A DNA stretch of 64,000 nucleotides, from assembly GCA_964016885.1 (NCBI GenBank), contig OZ024763.1, forward strand, positions 22,382,001-22,446,000, in the 5' to 3' direction. The notes beneath the pieces are model-generated. The model did not search any database, had not been told where the DNA came from, and was given only the letters and a program-made list of their open reading frames with translations. The stretch's first letter is position 1; every line of letters starts with the position of its first letter. This DNA comes from Eledone cirrhosa. Taxonomy: Eukaryota. Made by a program: the position numbers and the translations under genes. Shown one piece after another: positions 54,750 to 64,000 of this stretch.

Positions 54750-55473
54750 AATAAAAATAATGAAAATGATTGTGTACAGTGCTCAGGTGCACTAAAACTC
54801 ATCAAAGGTGCATATATAGTACATAGAATAATGTCAGGAAAGTGAACAGTGTATGAGTCATGATATACACAGACACATGCATGTGTGTCTATGGAGGAGG
54901 AATATCAGGTGTAGTGTTGGCGAATGTCGGGAAGCATGGAAGTTTTGAAGGATGCAGTGTCTCGACAGCTAACAACTGATGCAGGTAGTTTGTTCCTGTT
55001 ATAATGGTGTGACACACCTGTTTAGTAGATCTGTAGGAAAGAGGTTAACACCAAACATTCACCAGGTATAATTCTGAATTACCAACAAGATACTACTATG
55101 AGAGACAACACAGTCTACCTGACAGTTCACTTTAGTTATTATTTATAGACATTTCGCCTAGTCCACTTTTAGTTACACAGGGGTGTTCAGGGTTTTTTCC
55201 CTTCAACAGTTCCAAGTTGGAGACCCTGTGGTAGCCCTTGAGCAAGAGAGTTGGATAACATCCATGAGCTTGGCTGGTCATGCTTGGGGATCCAGCCTGA
55301 TTTGTTGGAGACGATGGTTTCTGACAGGATCCATTGGAGGAAATGTTTGAGGAAGAAGTGGGCAAAGAGAAAACGAACAATTCCATGCTTCAGCAACTCC
55401 GAGCATGAAAAAATGTTTCCAAAAGTCATGGGAGCTGTGCTGTTTTCTGATTTTGTAAGCATATTGTTAGACA
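54750..55473 (-). mobile_element. CR1-like 3' end split by a ~380-bp insertion (54997-55379)
   Basis: CR1 sequence breaks at TTGTTCC and resumes at TTCCATGC. Confidence 0.75.
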
Positions 55474-56094
55474 ATAAATATATTTTCTGCTAAATTATTA
55501 CAGCATGGTGAGAGTGAAATTTCAAGAACTAACAGTCCGCGACACCATCGAGGGTGCTAATGAAAATTGTTAATAAAATTTAACAGCTTCTGATGTTGCA
55601 TGATACGCCTAAAACTGAAGGTGAAATATTAGTCAGAATATGAACTTCGCAGTGAGCTCCATCAATTTCCGGGCTGTTTAGGGCCTGGGCAATGATTGGT
55701 TAGTGGGAAAAGTTCAAAAGTACCCTCGATGCTGTCGGAGACTGTAAATAAAATTTCTTTTGTGTTATTTTCTTGAGGTGGTGAATTGTCAGAGTCGTTA
55801 AGATGTCGGATAGAATGCTTTACAGTATTTGTCCCACCTCATTCCACGTTCTGAGTTCAAATCCCACCGTGGTCAACTTTGCCTTTCATCCTATAGAGGA
55901 TGATAAAAAAAAGTACCAGTCCAGTACTGGGGTCAATTCTTCCTCTATAGGAAACATCGGCTGTGTTCAGACCTGGAGAGGGTTGGGCTCCACCAGGTTT
56001 AAAGGTGCCTTAGACATGCCGTATGACGGTGCCTCTACGACTCCACAAGGAGTTATGAGATCTTTATCCTATCCTTTTCTTAATTTTGTACCAG

Positions 56095-56249
56095 TATGCA
56101 GTTGGCTGTTGATGTCCAGATTCCTGAATCTTTTGGTGGCGTGGAAGGTGAGGCTGTCTATATCGACACGGAGGGGAGTTTTATTGTAGAGAGACTTCAC
56201 GATATAGCAGACATGACAGTTCAACATTGTCAGAACCTTGATACAGAAG
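56095..56249 (+). CDS. RAD51C: RAD51C coding exon 3
   Basis: CCAG acceptor; [34 protein letters not shown] (diagnostic RAD51C motif); G|GTGAGT donor. Confidence 0.97.
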
Positions 56250-56444
56250 GTGAGTACATTACTGCTGTAGACAACCCCAGGGTGAGGGGAGCTTTATAGT
56301 TAAGGGACCCCAATGATAAGCTGGTATGACAACACAGCTATAGACATACCCAGGGTGAGGGCAGTTTTATAGTAAAAAGATCCCAATGATATAGCTGGTA
56401 TGACAGTTTGAGAACACTACTATAGACATCCCCCAGGGGCAGAG

Positions 56445-57100
56445 ACAACACAACTGAAGGGTCCCTCCCGACCCTTTTTGGCATAGTTTCTACAGCAAGG
56501 TGCCTTTCCTTTCACCAACAATTTTACTGAGTGTACTGGGTGCTTTTATTACATAGGTCACCAACACTAGAGAGGTTGTGGCACCAGTGATATAATTGAA
56601 GGGTCCTCTCAACCTATTCTGGCATATTTTTTACAGCAGGGTGCCCTTCGTATTGCCAACAATTTTACAAAGTGTACAGGGTGTGTTTATGTAGATCTCC
56701 AACATTAGTGAGGTTGTCATGCTATTGACACAACTGAAGGATCCTCTCAACCCTTTTTGGCATGTTTTCTACAGCAAGGTGCCTTTCTTTTCACCAACAA
56801 TTGTACTGAGTGTACTTGGTGCTTTTATTGTATAGATCACCAACATTAGGGAGGTTGTTGTGGCACTGTTGACATAACTGAAGGGTCCTGTCAACCTTTT
56901 TTTTTTTTGGCATAGTTTCTACAGCAAGGTGCCCTTCCTATCACCATTAATTTTACAGAGTGTACTGGGTGCTTTTATTATATAGATTAGGAACATTAGG
57001 GAGGTTGTGGCACCATTGTTATAATTGAAGGGTCCTCATAACTCTTTTTTGGTTTGGTTTCCTATCACCACCAACAATTTTACAGGGTGTACTGGGTTCA
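56445..57100. repeat. ~140-bp tandem repeat (4-5 copies) in RAD51C intron 3
   Basis: AACTGAAGGGTCC..TTTCTACAGCAAGGTGCC..GAGTGTACTGGGTGCTTTT repeated. Confidence 0.8.
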
Positions 57101-57352
57101 GGTCTAATTCTTAGACCTAGTTTTAGCAGGGCACAGTCCCATTACCACCACACACTAGGCCCATCCCCCTCCCCACGCTTCTGTGACACTAGAGCCCTTG
57201 CCTTTCTCTTCCTTTTCAGTTTTTATATTTTCTTATTTTACATTCCATTCTTTAAATTTTCTTTTCTGTTTCTATTAAATTGTATATACATGATATATAT
57301 TTACATAGAATAAAAATTCTCTTAAGTAACCCTTAATTTATATATTTTCCAG

Positions 57353-57480
57353 GGCAAACCTCAACAACATTCACCACTGACCAAGTACTGAAGGGTGTCC
57401 ACTACTTTCGCTGTCGAGATTATGTGGAGTTATTGGCCATTATACACCTGCTCTCGGACTTCGTTAAGGATCACCCCAAG
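57353..57480 (+). CDS. RAD51C: RAD51C coding exon 4
   Basis: TTTTCCAG acceptor; QTSTTFTTDQVLKGVHYFRCRDYVELLAIIHLLSDFVKDHPK|GTAAAC. Confidence 0.95.
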
Positions 57481-58204
57481 GTAAACTTAACATTATTTCT
57501 TACTCTTTCTTTCTTTTTTGTACTTTCTTCTATCTTTCTTTCACACACTCACACACACACTTGCACTCACACATACATACACTTACACATACATATATAT
57601 ACCTATACACACAACATTCACAAGTACATACATAGATACATTCACACATACATAGACCTACGCACACATACACACATACACCTATACACACACACATATG
57701 CATGTATCACCATCATCATCACCGTTTAACATCTATTTTGCATGCTGTCATGAGTTAGACATGTCTTGTTGAGACAAGTCAGGTCAGGTGACCATATCTT
57801 GCTCTCATACAGATCTGTTTCTTAGCTTCGTGTCTATGGCTTGGCTAGATGTTTCATAACACCAACTACGTTTCAGGGTGGACTGGCTGCTTTTTTATCA
57901 TGGCACCAGCATGACAACCCTACAGGGTGGACTGGCTGCTTTTTTTGTCATGACACCAGCATGACAACACTACAGAGTGGACTGGTTGCTTTTTTTGTCA
58001 TGACACCAGCATGACAACACTACAGAGTGGACTGGGTGCTTTTTTTGTTGTAGCATTAGTATGACAACTTTGCAGGGTGGACTGGCTGCTTTTTTGTTGC
58101 GGCACCAAGGCGACAACACTACAGAGTAGACTAGGTGCTTTTTTTGTCAAGGCTCCAGCATAATAACACTACAGGGTGGACTGGGTGCTTTTTATACTAT
58201 CATA

Positions 58205-59088
58205 TGATGATGGAAGTGATGGTGGTGGTGCTGTTGTTGTTAATAGTGATAATAATGTTGGTGGTGGTGATAATGATCATAATGATGGTATGTTGAGGTT
58301 AATAATGATGATGATGGTGTTATGTTGATAGTGATAATAATGATGGTGGTGGTGTTATGTTGATAGTGATAATGATGGTGGTGTTATGTTGATAGTGATA
58401 ATGATGATGATGGTGTTAAGTTAATAGTGATAATGATGGTGGTGTTATGTTAATAGTGATAATGATGGTGGTTTTATGTTGATAGTGATAATGATGGTGT
58501 TATGTTGATAGTGATAATGATGGTGGTGATGATGATGGTGTCATGTTGATAGTGATAATGATGGTGGTGGTGATGATGATGATGGTGTTGTGTTGATAGT
58601 GATAATGATGGTGGTGGTGGTGATGATGATGGTGTTATGTTGATAGTGATAATGATGGTGGTGTTGTGTTGATAGTGATAATGATGGTGGTGGTGGTGAT
58701 GATGATGGTGTTATGTTGATAGTGATAATGATGGTGGTGTTGTGTTGATAGTGATAATGATGGTGGTGGTGGTGATGATGATGGTGTTATGTTGATAGTG
58801 ATAATGATGGTGGTGATGATGATGGTGTTGTGTTGATAGTGATAATGATGGTGGTGGTGGTGATGATGATGGTGTTATGTTGATAGTGATAATGATGGTG
58901 GTGGTGATGATGATGATGGTGTTGTGTTGATAGTGATAATGATGGTGGTGGTGGTGATGATGATGGTGTTATGTTGATAGTGATAATGATGGTGGTGATG
59001 ATGATGATGGTGTTGTGTTGATAGTGATAATGATGGTGGTGGTGGTGATGATGATGGTGTTATGTTGATAGTGATAATGATGGTAATA
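58205..59088. repeat. Compound (GAT/GGT) minisatellite
   Basis: Recurring GTTATGTTGATAGTGATAATGATGGT units. Confidence 0.9.
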
Positions 59089-59089
59089 A

Positions 59090-59262
59090 TAATTGTTTCT
59101 ACTTTTGGCACAAGGCCAGCAATTACCCAGTGCATTACTGGTACTTTATTTTATCGACCCCGTAAGGATGAAAGGCAAAGTTGACATCGGCGGGATTTGA
59201 ACTCAGAATGGAAAGGGCCGTAACTCTATGCGTCAAAGCATGACGTCCGACCCTCTACCGAT
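59090..59262 (-). mobile_element. SINE family 2 copy just upstream of RAD51C exon 5
   Basis: Reverse complement of the family consensus. Confidence 0.85.
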
Positions 59263-59310
59263 GGTAGTTTCTGAACACTTTTCCTCACCACATTCTATTA
59301 CTATTTCCAG

Positions 59311-59442
59311 GTGAAACTTGTCATCATAGACAGCATAGCGTTTCATTTCCGTCATGACTTTGATGACATCAGCCTCAGGACTCGTTTGCTAACGACCATT
59401 GCTCAGAACCTCATCCAACTTGCTAACCAGCATCTATTAGCA
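59311..59442 (+). CDS. RAD51C: RAD51C coding exon 5 (Walker B)
   Basis: TTTCCAG acceptor; [27 protein letters not shown]...NQHLLA|GTAAGT; 132 nt, phase 0. Confidence 0.97.
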
Positions 59443-59510
59443 GTAAGTATTACCTTGTTATCATTACTAGATGAGGGTGACATCTTCTCCCTCTTTCTGT
59501 CACACACACA

Positions 59511-59609
<99 letters not shown>

Positions 59610-60069
59610 AGCATTGGACAAGCTTTGTGGCAGAGGTTAGTTTTGCATGTCATCCTTACGGGGTCGATAAAATAAAGTACCAGTAACACACTGGGGTCGA
59701 TTTAATCGACTTTGCCCTCCCCCAAAAGTTGGTGGCCTTGTGCCTATATAAGAAACCATTGGCAGTATCGGTAGAGGATCGGACGCCATGCTTTGACGCA
59801 TTGAGTTACAGCCCTTGCCATTCTGAATTCAAATTCCGCTGAGGTTAACTTTGCCTTTCATCCTTACGCGGTTGATAAAATAAAGTACCAGTAATATACT
59901 GGTTAATTGCTGGCCTTGTGCGAAATGTAGAAACAATTATTATTATTATTATATATAACCCCGCTGAGGTTGACTTTGCCTTTCATCCTTACGGGGTCGA
60001 TAAAATAAAGTACCAGTAATACACTGCATAATTGCTGGCCTTGTGCCAAAAAGTAGAAACAATTATTAT

Positions 60070-60134
<65 letters not shown>

Positions 60135-60142
<8 letters not shown>

Positions 60143-61052
60143 TATTGAAGTTTGCTTGAAGCATTGTGGAATAATAAGTAAATAACTTTAAGTCGTTTGG
60201 AAGCCTCGACAATGCAAATGGGTAAATCTCCAGGTAACAAGATCCGGTGGTGGAGAGAGAGATGTAAGTGGGTGTACGTTGAGTTGCGTGGTGTGTATAA
60301 GATGTGTAAGATATGTAGAAGAATGAAGGGAAGAGTATAAAGGATAAAATAAAAATAACAACACAAGAGAGAGTTACCTTGGGAGAGATTTAATAGTCCC
60401 TATATATTTCGGATTCACATCCATCAACTGGGGATTTTTTCCGGGGTGAGGGAAAGGTTGTCTGTCGGACAGGTGCAAAACGCGTCCTCCGCTGTTTGTT
60501 GTTTTGAATATCTGAAGTATTCGGCAGAGCGCGCGTGCGCGTGAAATGGGGTCGGTCGGGCAGAGGTCAGCGGCCGAATGAGGGAGTGGGGTGGCGCTAG
60601 CTGTCAGTCCATTCTCTGCCTGTTTGTTAAATGTTACTGTGTGTTGTTGTCTCGCTTGAGTGTGTGTTGTTGCCTTGTTCCACTGTATTGACAGTGTAGT
60701 ATGTTCGTATGGTGGAATGCTACTGTGTGTGTGTGTGAAGTTGTCTCGTTTGTGTGTGTGTGTGTTGCTGCATCGTTTGTTAACTTAAACCAGCCATCTC
60801 ATTTCGCTTCTCTCTGATCGGTTGTTTATTTGCGGTTGCAGGCGTTTGATAAAAAGCGCTTCTTTGATACGTAACGTGCCGACGTTTCTTTCAGTCGCTA
60901 GAATTGTGACAATGGGCCTTCCGTACATCTTATACACACCACGCATCTCAACGTACACCCACTTACATCTCTCTCTCCACCACCAGATCTTGTTACCCGG
61001 AGATTTACCCATTTGCATTGTCGAGGCTTCCAAACGACTTAAAGTTATTTAC
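60135..61052 (-). mobile_element. 5'-truncated Penelope-like element in RAD51C intron 5
   Basis: GIY-YIG C-terminal motif VTILATERNVGTLRIKEALFIKRLQPQINNRSE (60785-60925). A ~125-bp 3' segment (60178-60303) is repeated inverted at the 5' end (60925-61052). Degenerate hammerhead-like fold at ~60397-60435. Confidence 0.75.
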
Positions 61053-61119
<67 letters not shown>

Positions 61120-61278
61120 GTAAAATGGTAGTGCTGGTGTCACAAAAAATTTACCCAGTGCACCCTGTAATCTGTCCTGGTTGTCTAGCTCATGCTCACA
61201 CAGAAAATAGACATAAAATACTGATGATGATAACGATGATGGTGATGATGATATTTTTGTGCTTGTACTTTCCTCTAG

Positions 61279-61491
61279 GTTGTCTTAACAAACCAAATGA
61301 CCACGAGGATAAATAATAGCACCAACTACAATATGTTTGACACAGGTCATAGCATGGTCCCTGCCCTTGGGGAGAGCTGGGCTCACATCTCTACAATCCG
61401 TATCATTCTCTACTGGAAGGATAACCAGAGAAAGGCATTTTTGTATAAATCACCAGAACATAAGGAGGACATTATCTCATTCCAGATAACT
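61279..61491 (+). CDS. RAD51C: RAD51C coding exon 6
   Basis: CTCTAG acceptor; [11 protein letters not shown]...[21 protein letters not shown]...LYKSP...FQIT|GTAAGT; 213 nt. Confidence 0.96.
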
Positions 61492-61780
61492 GTAAGTACT
61501 ACGCACCTATCTCCCCCTCTATCTCTCTCCCTCTCTCTAGAGATTAAGTTCAATAATTCCTTGACTACATCACAAATAATACCCATTTTTAAAGATAATC
61601 AATCTCTCTCTCTCTAAAGAGAGATTATCTTCAAAAATGGGTATTATTTGTGATGTAGTCAAGGAATTATTGAACTTAATATTTGTTTTACTATAAACTG
61701 TGTAATTTCTTTTACGGGTACTAAGCTAGTATACATATTTATATATAAAAGCAAGAGAATCATTGTTTATCTCTTTACAG

Positions 61781-61885
61781 ATGGGTGGTATTCGTGATGT
61801 AGTCTCTTGTAATGAAGACTTGAATAAGAAACCAAAACATGCTACCGAAGAAGAACCTGCAATGAAACGTCAGAAAACTTCTTAA
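61781..61885 (+). CDS. RAD51C: RAD51C final coding exon
   Basis: TTTACAG acceptor; MGGIRDVVSCNEDLNKKPKHATEEEPAMKRQKTS-TAA; GIRD motif and basic NLS-like tail. Spliced CDS totals 1104 nt. Confidence 0.9.
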   Translation: MGGIRDVVSCNEDLNKKPKHATEEEPAMKRQKTS

Positions 61886-61892
61886 CAAATGA

Positions 61893-62800
61893 ATACGTAT
61901 CCCACCCGGGAATGTCTGACGAGAGGAGGTCGTGGATGGAAGACCTGTAGATGCTGCAGAGACAATCGGCCACATCTGTGGCCAGTGCACTCTCTTGAAA
62001 AGAAAGTGTCTGGCCAGGCATGACCATCTATGCCAACTGGTAGCAGGCGAAAGTGTACGCCACGGATGGAAGGTAGGCTGGGAGCCTTCCTACTGTGTGG
62101 ACAAAAAAAGACTCATACTAGACCTGGTTTTGAGCAAGTCTGTGACTACAGTGATACTGGATGTCACTGTGAGATATGAGCAAGGCAGCGTCTTCAGTGA
62201 CACTGCGGCGGAAAAGGTGCGTAAGTACAGTCCATTGACCATCCTACTACAGAATGAAACAGTTGAGAGAGTCAAGGTTCACGGCTGCCCCATTGGGGCA
62301 TGTGGGGCTTGGTCGAAGGCGGCTGATGACGGGATTGTAGGCGACCCCTTCAAGAAACTTTTGTCGGTTGTGGAGACTGCGTCGAAGGTCGATTTCGCTT
62401 ATGCTGGCGTGTCAACATGCATATGGCCTGAGGGTTTCTGGGATACAAATACGAGTCCCCAGCCATATCTGTGGCATCCATCGTTTGGTTCCCCCCAATT
62501 GTTCTATGAACCCCTGAATGGGTCCAAGGGATGAATGTCTCTGGTTTTTTGTTTTTTTTAAAACACCATCACAGCGTGAACGAGAGTCTTAACTTTTCTT
62601 TATTTTTAGAATATTTCGATACAGGGGTTTTTCCTATTATTTACTAATTTATAAACTAACCCGTTATGGATAGCGGCCGGAAAGATGAATCCGGTTGGAG
62701 AATTAAGACACCTCCATCTCTACCGTTAGTCTGGGTGTCTGCCTTGGGCAAGTGATAGCACGCCCAAGCCCCCCTTTGTGCAGGGTCATGCACTCACACA
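61893..62800 (+). mobile_element. R2-like non-LTR retrotransposon 3' part (CCHC knuckle + RLE endonuclease + putative 3' UTR)
   Basis: YPTRECLTRG..CRCC / ETIGHICGQC..RHDHL..GWKV.WEP..LILDLV..VILDVTVRYE..AAEKVRKY; frameshifted, PD altered to LD. Confidence 0.8.
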
Positions 62801-63158
62801 TTTTGATTTATAATTAACAAGTTATCTACTAAATTCCCCAGCTTTCCTTTTAAAGAGTAGATTCTACATGCGCTGAGGACGCTAGTCTAAGCAGAGTTTA
62901 GACAATATTTCCATAGGATAGGATGCTAAAACACTAGACAGACAGTGGGTATTGTGTTGTGTCTAGAGGCTAGCAGGCAGATGTTCTTTTGAATCACAAT
63001 GGCGGGTATCATCTTCGCCAGTTGGCAGAGATTTAACCCACCTGCTAGCTACATTATAGGAAGGAAATGGAAGTCGACTCGTGCAGATGCAGTATCCTAC
63101 AAGCCCCTGCACGAATAGCCATGTCTAGCACTCCAAGATTACTACTGGCAGGTAATAC

Positions 63159-63497
63159 TTATGATAGAGGGTAAAACAGCATAGGCAAGTAAAATTTCTG
63201 CCGGGGTTTCAGTGGAGCTTTGCATATTTTATCAATACCCAGTGACACCTGCTCCACCGAAACATTCATCTTCGACTTCGACCACGGGCCGACTTTGACC
63301 CCTAAGTAAGAGCATTTATCTGCAGGTTCGATCCTCAAGAGCTGATTCCCATCAATCTCTGGAGGAGAATCCATGTTGATCAAGAAAATCTTACCCCACA
63401 GCTTCACCGAGAGTGAAGCGCATTTGGAGATATTCACTGCTAGCCCCATCTTCCGGTAGAACGACATGCATCTGTCAACTAGATGCTGCATCTTGCC
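63159..63497 (-). mobile_element. R2-like reverse transcriptase fragment (domains 6-7 and thumb)
   Basis: MQHLVD..FY..MGLAVNISKCASL...YLGVKVGP...ICKAPLKPRQK. Confidence 0.75.
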
Positions 63498-63885
63498 AAC
63501 AACCCTGAGCGCCTTTTTGAATTCCATGTGTCTAACAAACGTGGGCATGCCTTCAAAGTCAGAAAACAGCACCCATGACTTTCGGAAACATTTTTTCACA
63601 CTCAGGGTTGCTGAAGTATGGAAAAGATTATCTGCATCAGTTGTTAGTTGTCGAGATACAGCATCCTTCAAAACTTCCATGCTTCCTGAAATTTGCTGAC
63701 ACTACACCTGATATTTCCCCTCCATACACACACACACACACACGTGTGTGTGTGTGTATATATCATGACTCATACACTGTTCACTTTCCTGACATTTGTA
63801 CATTAGTCTATGTACGAAACATGCACCTTTGATGGGTTGTAGTGCACCTGAGCTCTGTACACAATAATTTCATTATTATTATTAT
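63494..63885 (+). mobile_element. CR1-like LINE 3' end
   Basis: STHDFRKHFFTLRVAEVWKRLSASVV motif and (ATT)n tail; same family as 50585-51153. Confidence 0.8.
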
Positions 63886-64000
63886 ATAAATGCGTGTGTA
63901 TATATATGTGTGTGCGTGTGTCTAGTAATAAATGTGTAATCAGTTACCTGTACATGTGTGTGTGTGTGTGTGTGTGTATACAAACTTCAACAGCATTCTA

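Overview
Eukaryotic, microsatellite-rich, intron-dominated animal DNA, most likely an octopus or other coleoid cephalopod (inferred from repeat content only). There are two real protein-coding genes, arranged head-to-head. The first is a complete RAD51C on the + strand (7 coding exons, 52165-61885, 367 aa, all GT-AG and in phase). The second is the first two coding exons of a PPM1E/PPM1F-type PP2C phosphatase on the - strand (44867-44659 and 9860-9748, separated by a 34.8-kb intron), with the rest of the gene probably left of the window. Almost all other ORFs in the track are microsatellite artefacts or retrotransposon fragments. The remainder is tRNA-derived SINEs, RTE/CR1/RLE LINE fragments, piggyBac-, Helitron- and hAT-like non-autonomous elements and many minisatellites. 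The most notable hidden signal is about ten type I hammerhead ribozyme motifs of at least three to four families, many within inverted repeats (one in an inverted triplication), plus a Penelope-like GIY-YIG remnant. Also notable are RAD51C-PPM1E adjacency as in human and an R2-like retrotransposon starting immediately after the RAD51C stop. Homology calls are from recalled family motifs, not database searches.
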